Assembly: GCA_008632985.1 (NCBI GenBank)
Contig: QPGO01000153.1
Location: 1-64,000 of the forward strand
Reading direction: 5' to 3'
DNA length: 64,000 nucleotides
Origin: Psammoneis japonica
Taxonomy: Eukaryota
In this document: piece by piece, positions 33,861 to 46,330 of the stretch
Position numbering within the stretch: position 1 is the first letter of the stretch
How the letters are laid out: every line of letters starts with the position of its first letter
The notes under the pieces: model-generated
Seen by the model: the letters and a program-made list of their open reading frames with translations, nothing else
What the model was told of the DNA's origin: nothing
Database searches by the model: none
Made by a program: the position numbers and the translations under genes

Positions 33861-36800
33861 CTAGAAGCAATCCGTGCAACACGTGCACATGACAGCTTCG
33901 CAGTCTCCGTGCAAGGTTTCCAAATTGTGCTCGGTTCTTAGCTTGCACACGCCATTGGGGATCGCACCGGAGAAATCGTTATGTTGAAACTGGAATTCAC
34001 GCAAGTGAACCAGGTTGGAAATTGACTGGGGAATTGTACCCGACATGTCGTTGCCAGCGATGTCCAAAATTTCTATATAGCACAAACAGAAGACGGCGTA
34101 AGAGAGACTACCAACCAAAGAGAGCATACCATGATGAAATGCTTGTTTCAATGCTTACCAAGTTTGAAGAGATTTGCAATGGCATTAGGAAGCGTTCCGG
34201 AAAACGCATTGTGCTGAACTTGCAAATCGACTGCAAATCGGGGAGAAAGCAAAAACAAAATAGAATGAGCAACATGGATTTCCATCAAGAACGGATCGCA
34301 ACAGACTTACCCATACTACGCCAATTTAACAAGGGCAATTCACCACTCAAACCGTTGCTGAATAGATGGAGCGATGCTGTTGAACACGCAAAGATGTTAG
34401 GTCGCTGAGCTATATAGCGAGCGCATTGCCTGATTGGTCGCCTTTTTGAACTTACTGAGTGCCTGAAGTGACTGATACTCGTTTGGCACAAAGCCTGTCA
34501 GCTCGTTGGTATCCAAAATGAGGTTTTCTGAAACAAGCATTCGAACAACAGTAACGGTGAGCAGACGGAACCAAGAATAAATAATCAATAGAGACGATGC
34601 CGGAAATACAGATCTGATTTCGTGTCGCAACGTACCAAGCGCAGTGGCGTCTGAAAGGGTTTGTGGGAGCTCGCCTTGGAACCTGTTCTTGTTCAACTGC
34701 AAATAAGCTGTAGAATCGTGTAACCGTAAACCCCAACAAATATGTAAGCCACGTGAGGTGGACCGGGACACACCAACGTTATCACAAGAAGCACTTACTT
34801 AGACGCGTCAAATCCGCAAAGATTTCTGGAATCTCTCCTGTGAGCACATTGTGGTCCAAGCGAAGGGACTCTGAAACACACATTTCATCGAGTACAAGTA
34901 AAAGGAAGTAAGCAACAGACAAAGGGGAAATGGCGATTGGTAGTCGCATTGGTACATTACACACTACATACCCAGGGCAGTGAGTTCCATCAAAGACAGG
35001 GGAATTTCGCCAGTGAGCTGGGGGGGAAAGAAAAGATTACAGCGATGTTAGCACCAGCGTCTCTCTCAGAACAAAAGGGGGGAATGACAACCATGAAAAC
35101 TCACCCCATTCCTCCCAAGATTTAGCTCCACTGCAGAAAAGAAGACAGATCGAGTGAGCTCCGCTGCATGACATCATGACAATGGCTGCACGTCCCGAAA
35201 CTTACTCAGGTTCGTCAAATATCCATAGGTGGCTGGGATTTCTCCGGTAAACTCGTTCTCGGAAAGGTCAAGGCCCTCTGTTTGATTCAAAACAAAATAA
35301 AGAATAAGCGATCAACAACAAAACAGACAATGACATAGACAACGGCAACAGTTCCTCTCGGTGACTTACGCAAAGTAGAGAGCGCTTGGAAGTCTGGGAG
35401 AGGTCCGGAAAGATAATTATCGGCAATTCCAAATGCCTCTGGGTCACACGCAAACCAGAGCAACCACAGAAAGTCTTGTGAGTAAAAATAATTGGACGCT
35501 TTCCTCTAAAGCACAGCGCTGGAATGAATATACTTACGAAGCTTCGTCAGTTGGCTAAATTCCGCCGGGATTGTACCTTTAAGTTCGTTGGTGCCGAAAC
35601 GCATGTGAATGACGTCGGTCAGTTCTCCGAGCCAGGGCGAAAGTGTTCCCGACAACCAGTTTCCTTCAAGATTTAGACGTTCTGAAGCAAAAAATAGTGT
35701 AGGACATTAGCAGACAATACAAACATGTCCCCCAATCTCCAAATCGAAAATGTAACTTACGCAAGTACTCTATCAACCCCAAAGAATCAGGAATTGGGCC
35801 ATACAAGTTATTCCTGTCAAGGTCCAACGTTCGGAGATTCTCGAGTGCTGCAATTTCGGACGGAATAGTACCACCGACATTGTTATTGGTCAGCTTTAGA
35901 TGGAACACAACGTCGTCTTCTTCCGTAAAGGGAGTTTCGTCGTAATCGTCATCGTCCGGATATTCTTCATCGTCATACTCATCACTGTCGAATTCATGAA
36001 AGAACATAAACGATAAAGGTGTAAGTGACCTGGTGCGGTAAAGACGGAGACGTTCATTTCGTTCACTCACTCATCATCACCCTCCTCGTATTCGTCACTT
36101 TTATATTCAAATCGATTGCCAGTAGCGAAAGAACAGATAGCACAAAGCGTTAGAAACCTGGCCTTGCAAAAGCTGGGACACGCGCACATTTCGCTTGCTC
36201 GCTCGCTCGCTCACTCACTCATCGTCCCCGTATTCCTCCTCCATCTCCTCCTCGTATTCCTCCTCCATCTCCTCCTCGTATGCTTCTTCTAGTGCATCAT
36301 CGTCATCGTCACTGTGTTAAATTGATCGATTGGTATTCACAAAAGAACAGACACGACAAACGCGTTAGTCATGTTGTATCAGTCGGGACACGCAATTTTG
36401 TTCGGTCGGTCCAGTCACTCACTCATCGTCGATCCCCTCCTCGTATTCCTCCTCCAACTCCTCCTCATATGCTTCTTCTAGTGCCTCATCATCATCATCA
36501 TCATCATCACTGTGTTAAATTGATCGATTGGTATTCACAAAAGAGCAGATACGACAAACGCGTTAGTAAGTTGTGTAACAGTCGGGACACGCAATTTTGC
36601 TCAGTTCGGTCCAGTCACTCACTCATCGTCGAGGCCCTCCTCATATTCCTCCTCCAACTCCTCCTCATATGCTTCTTCCAGCGCCTCATCATCATCATCA
36701 CTGTGTTAAATTTTTATCGATTGGTATTCACAACAGAGCAATTACGACAAACGCGTTAGTAATGTTGTGTGAAAACCGGGACATGCAATTTCCTCAGTTC

Positions 36801-38408
36801 GGTCCAGTCACTCACTCATCGTCGATCCCCTCCTCATATTCCTCCTCCAACTCCTCCTCATATGCTTCTTCTAGCGCATCATCATCACTGTCAAATTCAT
36901 CATTGATTGCAAGTAACATCACATGCAGATACGACAATAGCGTTAGAAACCTGTTTTTTTTTTGCTCAAACACAGACCGGGACACGCATTTGGCTCACTT
37001 ACTCCTCATCATCATCCTCCCCATATTCCTCATAATCAGTTTCGTCGTCATCTTCGCCGAGGTAATCGTCGTCTGGATACTCCTCGTCACCGAGGTATTC
37101 GTCTTTCTTTTGCAGTTCCTCTTTTAGCTCATCCACCTCGTCTGTCAAGTCTTCAAAATCTTTTTCAAGGTCTTCATAGGCTTTTTCCAACTCGCCATAC
37201 GCCTCATCAGCATCATCTTCGTCATATTCAGGTGCAGCCGCCGCCAAGTTACGACGATCATGCCACAAATTATTGGACTCCCACGTGGTTGCATAATTCT
37301 GATCGGTACAATCGACACCATACCAAGTACAGACACTCTTGCCCGTCATCCAATTGGTCGTGACATTCCACTTGCGATCGTCTTCATCGTCAAAGACAAG
37401 ACCCGAGGGACTGGTCGTCTTGCCCGTGGCACCCATGGTGCTGTAATACAACGTGGCGAGTGCATACCGTTGAATCATTTTCACAGAGGTTTCACCGGCC
37501 TCCATGGGATCGTCTTCGGCCACCCACCAGAGGGCACGTGCTTGGGGAGTCTTGGAGTCTTGAATGACGTCGGGTTCCGTAAAGCCAGACTGGATGATAA
37601 ATTCTTGAATGGCATTGAACCGTGCCGGATTGGAGGGTTTCTTGCCGGAAGACTTGTTGCTCGATACGGCAATGGCCGTAATGATGAGAACCGTAATGAC
37701 AATGAGCAACAACCAAAAGAGACAACAGCGTTTCTGACGACGGGAATATCCACCGCATCGTGCCACGCACGACGTGCACAGTTCGCACATGCAATAAAAT
37801 GGATTCCGTGATCCACCGGAGGATAAGACACGTCCCGTGGAGTGTCCCTTGCGGCTTTGCACAAAGGAACGACGGTAGGCGGCATGAAAATCATCGCCCA
37901 AGGCTTGTTGCGATCCTGAGGCGTGGTGTTGGAGATTGATATTTTCAAATCCCAAACTACCCACGCCGACTCCACCCGATTCAGGATCCAAGGGATTGTC
38001 ATGATAGGAATTGTTGTTGCTATTCTTTTCTTTTCCTCCAGCAATCGAGAGAGGAAAGAGACTCGAGAACCTTCCAGACGATTGACTGTTTTGGGCGATA
38101 GAGTAACCTTCGTCCTCTTCCTCGTCGTCCGATTCTTCGCTCTCCCAGAGAAACTGACGAGCGCTCTGTGTATGAAAGTAGACAAGAGCAGCAAAGTTTT
38201 AGTTGAGAGGTAAGTAAGTATCCATAAGAAAATCTAACACAATATTCAAAAACAGCAGAGCAGAAATCAGCAGTCACCATCACCCTACCTCATAGGCACC
38301 AGGAGAGACATTGTTCAATTCACCATCCGGATCAGGACGGAGGTTGTTCTCCTCTGCCACGACCATGTCGCTGACTTCTTCTTGATTGTCTAGCAAATCC
38401 TTCACCAT
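33861..38408 (-). CDS. Type-II membrane LRR protein (paralog 2) with an inserted acidic micro-exon array
   Basis: Intron 1 at 38166-38288 followed by SARQFLWE. TM CCLFWLLLIVITVLIITAIAV. Cap QRYALATLYYST...NWMT...CTWYGVDC. LRR exons. C-terminal DC...CTCCTDCF. Confidence 0.85.
36071..36887 (-). repeat. Tandem exon-plus-intron repeat (~200-bp period) giving five acidic micro-exons
   Basis: Exons 36887-36816 (72 nt), 36700-36623 (78), 36509-36423 (87), 36311-36219 (93), 36097-36071 (27). Each is bounded by AG|T...GA|GTGAGT. Confidence 0.8.
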
Positions 38409-39078
38409 GATTTTGTTCTTCGAATGTTATTCGAATGTATGTTCTTGTTGCAAGTCGAAAATGACTTGTGTCTATCGTTGCTTTTTGTGTGTCTTTTGAC
38501 ACGAGCGTTGAAATTTGTTGCTTTGTATTTCAACGAGAACGCTATCTACACACGCTTTTGTATGTTGCGTTGGCGAATGAGAAGTGATGTCAAAAACAGC
38601 CGGGTGGTTCCTTGAAGCATCGCGGTTTTTGCAAATTTTTCGGGGGGTGCCGAATGACGGCATTGGATGTCCGATTGATGCCACGTTAGATGATCTACTT
38701 ATTGTCTGCGACAAATAAAGTCATTTCCGTTTTGTTTGATTTACAGAAAATTGATAGTCACGTAAACACTTATTTGGCGGGAGCCTTTAATTGTCTGAAA
38801 TATTTATGAGTCTGGAGTCACGCACGGTGTGGTGAGAATGACTTATACCTTGTCGTACCATACTTTTCGTACAAATCTACGTAATAAATGTTGACAGAAA
38901 AACCGAGCCAAACCAGCCGGACATGACCGGAGTCATAAGTACACAGCCACTATCAACTAATAAGTACAAAGATCAAATAACATACGATTGACAAATTTAT
39001 TCTGTGCCATGCATCCTTCTCGATGCCTCACATTTTGAGAGACTCTACAGAAACCCATCTGTATCTTGTTTCTTTCTA

Positions 39079-41938
39079 CTACTTGAACCCATCACATTGA
39101 CTGCAACAACTGCACTCAATCTTTGGATCCTTGTCCGAACAATCACCCGCCAGTTCCTTGAAGGGTGTCTTGCGATTATCTTCACAAAACGCCTTGGGTA
39201 CAGTTCCGCTAAAGTCGTTGCGGAAAAAACGAAACGAATCTAAACAAAAAATAATAATAGTGTTAGGCTGCGATTTTCATTTTGTGGCTTACAAGACGGC
39301 CACATTCTTTACTTACGAAGTAGCTTGAGATGCTTCATTTGCCATGGCAATGTACCGGTGAATTCATTGTCTTCCAGGTTGAGATTTTCTGCAATTGAAA
39401 AATGTACACGCAACAGGTTAGGATCAAAAGGCCAATACACAATCGGCAAAACCTGAATCACAAGAAAAAAAGCTACTTGCCTAGACTTGTCATCAAGCCA
39501 ATTTCGGTGGGTAATGGACCACTCAACTCGTTGTGTTGAAACCGGAAGTCAGCTATAACGTTGAAAGGAAAAAACGTAACGGAATAGTCAGGAATGTGAA
39601 TCTCTCATTAGGACTAACACAAGGACCGATTGTTGGCTAAGAATAACTCACACAACTTTGTCAAACCTCCAATGGAAGTAGGAAGTGTGCCAGTCAACTC
39701 ATTGTGGCTATAGTGAAGAACCTCTGTGAGGGAAAAAAAAGACAAGGAATGAGGACAAATGCGAGTTTTTCTCTTTGACATGCATTGTGAAGGAGTTCAA
39801 ACCAGCACAAACACACAAATCGACACGACTTACCGAGATTACCAAGGCCACCAATTTCGGAAGGAATGGTTCCCTCAAGCTGTACAAAAGGAGGCAAAAA
39901 CGAGCAACAACAAAACAACAGCAACATCAACAACATGAGACACATAAAGCTTGAATGTGCAGCGTTCAATACCGACTTTTGTTCAACACACTCACCTGGT
40001 TCTCTCGCAAACGCAATTCCACAAGGTGCGACAATGTCCCGTACTCGGTGGGAATTGTTCCTGTAAACTGGTTTTCACCTTGTTCCAAGATGCCTATGAA
40101 AATTAGGAGACGAAACACATATATGAGATGTCAAAGAGTAGGTACGACTGCTGTAACTCGTATCAATCCCATTTTTACTTACGCAAATTTGTCAGTTTCG
40201 TGGCGTCCAAGAGTGGCCCGGTCAGCTTGTTCCAATGCACACCAAAGTAATCTGCGGATACAAAACACGAGAATAAACCGGGTGAGATTCTGAAAGGCGT
40301 TTTCGATGCTACAAATATGCCAGCAGACTTACGCAAATACTCGAGCTCCTCAAATTCTGTAGGAATAGTACCCTCGAGCTCAATATTGCGGTCAAATTGC
40401 AATACATGAAGCTTCTTGCAGGCTCCAATTTCAGTTGGGATTGTTCCAGTGAGGTTATTATCGCCCAGTCCCAAATGATCTGAAGAACACGGTAAAATAG
40501 AACGGAATTCGTTAGGGCATGCCTTTGAAAGGCAGCGGGGTAGACAATAACTGGTATAAAGGGAACTTACGCAAGTCCTGGAGCTCTCCAAGCGCCGGTG
40601 GGATAGTTCCCTTGAAAGCGTTTCCTCTCAAATCCAAAAACTTCAAACCCTGAAGCCCAGCAAGTTCCGAAGGAATGGTACCCTCAACACCATTCAATGT
40701 GAGGTTAAAGTCCGTGACAAAAGGCCCTCTAGGACTATCACATACGATTCCATGCCATTTGCACACGTCTTTATCCGTCATCCAAAATCTCGTTTCGTTC
40801 CAGTGAGGAGTGAGGATCTCCTCCTCTTTTCGAGTGTTGCTCGAGTCGATTTCGTAGGTGCTGTAAAAGAATGTGGCAACCACATATCGTTCCAGCAACA
40901 CGTCATCGTTATCGCCCACATCCAGTGCTGCAAGATCGTGCTCGGCAAGCCACTTAATTGCATTGTTTTGCGCCGAGCCGGCCTGATCGAGATGGTCCAC
41001 AGTTGTCAGGCCTGAAGACAAAATCATGGTACGAATGGCTTCATAACGTTCCGTATCAATGATAACTTGTGGTGCCTTGGTTTGTGGCGGCTGGGTCTCT
41101 GGCGGCTGAGTCTGTGGTGGCTGAGTTTGTGGCGGGGATGTTTCTTCTCCAGACGATGACGAGGAGGAGGACGACGAAGCAGCCGTCACCGCCATGATAA
41201 TGCCAAAGATTGACAGGGAAACAAACACAACAGCAGCAAGCATCAGCAGCTTGTGCTTCTTTGAAGCACCCTTCCAGACTTGGGAAATACAAACACAAGG
41301 GCGACAGAGATAATAAATGCAGCTCGAAAAGATTCCGCCCATAAATGACACCCTGTCAACGCGTCCGCTACTGCTTCGGTGTTGAACAAAGGACTTGCGA
41401 TAGGCCCGATGAAAGTCGGTTCCAAGACTGCTTCGAATATCCACGGTTGGAAATTCGGCATCCGCATCGCCATACATGGCTGTAGATGCATCGCCACGGT
41501 CCGACTGAAAGCGTGGAGCCAGACTGAGTGGAAATAAGGCTCCTTTTGACTTTTTCGGTTGCATGCCATTGTTGAACGTGTTTAGGGTTCTCACCGTACC
41601 GTTGGAGCCTTTGGTGTAGTACGGGTCTTCTTCAAACTCGTCATCTTCGTCCCAAAGAAACCGACGAGCGCTCTATAGAAACAGAAGTCGTGGCAAGTTG
41701 TGAGACCACCTGTGGTGAGTTTTGTTCTGTAAAAAAGACCTGTCATAATTTGGCACCGTACCTCAAAGGTTTTTGTAGGGCTATGACTGCCGTCCAAAGG
41801 AATGTCATCAGCATTTTCCAAATCCATGTCCTCGGCTAGCACCCCAGTTGTAATGTCCGACATTTTCTGAATCTGCTTTTCTCTTTCCTGCCTTCGTTCG
41901 TAACGAGCCTGTGTTTGATCAATGGTTCCTGGAGACAT
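39079..41938 (-). CDS. Type-II membrane LRR protein (paralog 3), multi-exon
   Basis: Intron 1 at 41673-41761 followed by SARRFLWDE. TM helix, PPQTQ repeats, cap ERYVVATFFYST...CKWHGIVC. 72-nt LRR exons (e.g. 39317-39388, 39481-39552). C-terminal CSCCSQC. Confidence 0.85.
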
Positions 41939-42529
41939 GATGGATTAGCTTGGATTAGCTTACGGAATGAATCAATCACTCGAGTCTAGAAGTCAACACG
42001 ACTCGTGCTTTTTGATTCTTACCTGCGCTTTCGTTCAAGCCGCGAGATCAGCAACACTACGTACTCTAGCTAGTTGCTCTACTACAACAACAACAACAAT
42101 GTGGTCAGCAAAAAGAGCTTGGTGACTCGGTCATTTTTGAGTTTCCCCTCACTTTTTGATGCCGACTCGAGACTGACCCTTCGTAGAATCTACGAGGAAA
42201 CGGTGCTAAAATGTCTTAGTAACAAAGTGGTATCTATGCACATACGTAAACTTCTACGGAAAAACAGAGTACAATTTCTTTATTAATCAGACTGGTATAA
42301 AATAATTCAATGTTTTGTGATTAGATTTGTCATTTCCACTACCTTCTTACGAACCTTTATTACGACTAAAAAAGCCATGACTGAAATGTCTAGCTACGAC
42401 GGAAGCACGGAAGCACACTTCAAATAACTCGCGCGCGGTTTTCACTGCACGACTGAAACGGGTTATTTCATCTTCAAAAATGGGTCGCAACCCCATCCTT
42501 TCAGATTTCCGTCCGCAGTTCCAACAATG

Positions 42530-43840
42530 AATCTTCTTTTCACACACACACACACACAGTGGATTCACAGAAGTTTTAAGACATCCACCAGCACACTTGT
42601 AAGCTTTTTTAAATTTCAAATGAGCCCTGCCCCCACTGCAGTGCCAGGTGACGAGTGACACCAGCCACAGCAGCCCCTGGAGGCAATGTGTTGGGCAACA
42701 CTTTTGCCAAGTGTTGCACGACAAGGAGAAGCAAGAACAGTGCAATGCCTCATTGGAAAGGAGTGCTCAGAGGCCTGCTTTGTGTGTGCAATGGAATCCA
42801 TGAATGTCCACAATCATGCTCAGAAAAAAGCTGGGGCAGAGAGGTGCTGGGCTGTGCTGTTTTTCAAGCTGTTGAAACAAGCCACAAGCACCGGAAGCTC
42901 ATCTTTGCCATCACACACACTGGTGCCCCCTGCACCCCCCATCATCAGGTTTTGCCTGCACCACCCAAGCCTGACTCAGGGGTCAGTTGTTGGGTCTCAC
43001 TTGACACTGCAGGTCAAGCTCAAAGATCTGCTTGTGCTCTTGTGCAAGCAAGAGCAGCCATGCAGCTCTCATGAGAAAATCCTTGGTCTGGTTGAAAGCC
43101 CAACAAACATTGTGGCAAAGGGCACAAGCCATTTCTGTTCACAAAGTCTCTCCCAGCTGCAAGGGAAGCAAGAAAATCTTTGATGGATTGCGCCACAGAA
43201 CAGAGGTGCATCACAGTGGAAACAGTGGACAACTTTCTGCTGGAAATCACCATCCTGTGAAGAGTGCTCAGAGCCTGTGATGCACTTGGTCAGTGCTGGG
43301 TTTGATTGGGGCATGGTGACTCCCACTGGAAAGGCAGCCTGTGCTGGGATGTGGGCCACATGCCCATGCCCCAGAAAGACCGCATCTCTTGGGATTTTTT
43401 TCAGAAGCAGGGCAAACCCAAGTTTGATTGCCAGCAGACAATGTTTCAAACAAGGCCAAGATGATGGTGGAGGAACCTGTTTTTGTGTGGTTGCACCTGG
43501 TGGCCAAGCTGCCATCATGCTGGGTCTGCCCACAGATGCCAATTCTGGCAAGATGGTCCATTTTCTCCATGATGCAGATTGGCACTTAATGAGCATTTGT
43601 AGTGGACCCACTTTGTTTTTGGCGGCTGGATCTCCTCCCCCACACAGTTGGTGCAAGATTGCTTGCTTTCCAGATTGTTGCATTGAAAAAATGAGTCAAT
43701 CGTTGGGCTGCATGCCGGGCAAGCAAACTTGGCACTTTGGCGAGAAACTCATTGAGCACGGATTGACCATTGTCAACAAAGGAGCGGACACCACCTTCGT
43801 CACGGACCGTAAGCTCTTGACGGGGGGGTCCCAATAAGGC
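42530..43840 (-). mobile_element. Decayed repeat domain 3, possibly an IS630/Tc1/mariner-type DDE transposase remnant
   Basis: TpA/CpG-depleted. The minus strand gives LMMGGAGG near 42930-42950, loosely like the MDxAGGH second-Asp region, and a QP motif downstream. The family call is weak. Confidence 0.45.
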
Positions 43841-44026
43841 TTGTCAAGAGCTCGGGAAGTAGCGGCTCAGAAGCTCTTGGAAGAGCATGCCTTGCTCGTA
43901 TGATCGAACAGAATGAAACGACAGTGTCTTTGGATTATAATGCTTAACAGTCGGTGACACCAGTCATTACAAAAGATAAATAACCTACCCTCACAAGACA
44001 AGAAGCAGCCAGCAAATATCGATGAA

Positions 44027-45555
44027 TCACGCAAGACCCAAGTCTTTTAAGCGGCCTTGATTCCGCTTGATCTTTCCAGCCTTAACTTTTCATATTCACT
44101 GAGGTCGTAATTCGGTGGGGGGTCGTAGTTTGGTGAGGGCGGTCGGTGATTGTCCTTTCTCTTTCTTCTTTTCGGTTTCGTTTCTTTTGGCTTGGACGAT
44201 GCCAGTATTCCCGATTGGCGCCTCTTGAGCCTTTCCTTTCGCTCCAGATGCTGTTTTTGTCGCTTTTCCTCTTCCTCAGCTGCATCGTTATACGCCATGT
44301 ATTCTTGACCGTCCTCCTCATCCGACCCCTCGTCGTTGTCCGAAACGTCATCCTCACTACTGCCTTCTTCATGATTGTCATCCGAATCCAGCATTGCGCT
44401 GTCCCAACTAACTTCATCGTCATCCATGATATCGTCCTCGTCACCATCCCCCTTGCCACTAGAGGACCTCTTCCTCCTCCAACTGTTTCCTTCCCGTTTC
44501 CTATGCTTTATACCCGTCAAACCCTTGTTCCAGGGTGTGAAACCAACATTCCAGGGTACCGGTTTTCGCGTTTTCTTTTGCTTTACCAGCAAATCTTTTT
44601 GGTGAGTGTCAATGACGCCAAGAATGGATGTACAACCTGATCGGTTCAGGGTTCGTTCGCCATTCTTAACAATCTTTCCAGACTCCCATTCCCTCTTAAT
44701 ATCCTTGAACCTCGCATGGGTCTTTTCAATCACTTTGGCATGGGCAATTACCCTCAAATTCTTGTCTCGGAATTTGCCACCCCTTTCGTGAATTTTGGCA
44801 ATGGTTTCTTCCACAACAATGAGCTGGCGTTCCTTGGTCGGTACAGCTGCTTTGTCCCCAAAATATTGATCTGCGTAGGTATCCAACAAGGCCCGCCACT
44901 TGGCATTTCCAGGATAGAGATGGTTCCGTCCTCCATGAGCAAAGACGACATCGTTTTCGTCATGACCAGCCCCGACTGCCACCCTCACTTTGGGTCTCTC
45001 GATTTGTCGCATCCGACTCTTGGTTTTATCAATGGCGGCGTCCAAGGACAGTTTGCCCTTGTTGTTTTTGGAGCAAAACACTCCCCCCTTGTCCAACACT
45101 ACCTGTACAACTTCGGCAGCCAGAGTGCGTCGACGATAATCTCCCTGTGGGAGTTTTTGCCATTCGGGAAAGCGGTCTTCGCAGACTTTATAAAAGAATA
45201 AATTGCCAGGATGCGAGATGGTTTGAGCCGCACCACCTCGGACGTTGTGGACGTCGTACAAGGAGTTTCTCTCAGGTTTCTTCTCGTGATGGTTGGCTTT
45301 TTCCTCAATGGAGTTAACCACCTCTGGGATTGCTGTTTTTTCACCTGCGGCTGTCGTCTTGCTGAGACTTTGTAGGGGCATAGCAGCAGCATCTGTAGAA
45401 GATGCAACCACCTTACATTCAAGCATGGCGCTGTCTTCTGGATTATTCTTCACTTTAGTACTAGTAGAGGTATCAGCGTTGCAGCGTGGGACGACTTCTT
45501 CCTTATTAACTTGCTTAACCATCTCATTGCTGGAAGATTTAGTGGCATCTGCCAT
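44027..45555 (-). CDS. Protein with two DUF6824-like domains and an acidic/basic tail
   Basis: YDVHNVRGG...HPGNLFF...VVQVVLDKGGVF and ENDVVFAHGGRNHLYPGNAKWR...IHERGGKF. Restoring one A at ~44070 gives the C-terminus EYEKLRLEKIKRNQGRLKDLGLA* (stop at 44027-44029). Confidence 0.75.
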
Positions 45556-45755
45556 TGTCGTTTCTCTCTGACCGTTCTTCGGTTATGTATAAGCTGAAGT
45601 AGTGCTGCAGATGCACTACTACAAAGTAACATGCCAGTGGTACTGTACTGTACCAGTGAAAAGGGAAAAGGAATGTAGGGCTATGGGCTTTTGGTTTTGG
45701 CGACGGGTTAATGATGGTTATATGATGATTCTTCGCTGAAATTGAAATAAGCTGA

Positions 45756-46330
45756 GGGAAGACTCCAGCCAGATGCTGGCTGAAAAAAGTCTGCTCGTCA
45801 GTGCGTTTGGGGGTTTTGCCAGTAGAATTTTTACGTACGCAGAATACGACGAGTCTGTCCAGCGTTCACCAAAACCCCCTAACGCACAGATTGACAGACT
45901 CGTCAGAGCAAATTCGACACAAGATTCTTCAGCCAGCAGCTGGCTGGAGACTCCCCCCAAAGCGGTGCTGCAACCTTATAATGCAGTGCTGCAATCTGGG
46001 TGTCGCCACGTGCAAGGAAAATCGCAGTTGTTTGTCGCGGACGGAAGGTGGCATGGACAGACGAAAGTGCAAAACATGCGCAGAAACTGTCACACAGACA
46101 GACCGCCACTGCGATTTTCCTTGCATGTGGTGACACCCAAATCATTGCACTGCACACAGGCAGCGCAGGATTTGTGCTTGTGCCATCTGTCAATCAGTGC
46201 GAATGGGTGAAATTCAGTGAACGGTGGACAGATGCCATGTCTTTTTCACACTCGTTGAAATTGTGTGCTGACAAAACTCCAAGCGCACAGACAGACAAAA
46301 TTTCTTTGGGCAGCATCTGTCCATTCACCT
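45756..46330. mobile_element. Foldback (long imperfect inverted-repeat) element centred near 46065
   Basis: 45996-46036 pairs with 46097-46140; 45854-45898 pairs with ~46186-46232; 45775-45822 pairs with ~46268-46317. There is also an internal hairpin 45756-45784 with 45928-45958. Confidence 0.65.

Noticed and set aside
36071..36887. CRISPR-like periodic array
   Set aside because: The units are exon-plus-intron duplicates with splice signals and homologous 'spacers'. The context is eukaryotic and there are no cas genes.
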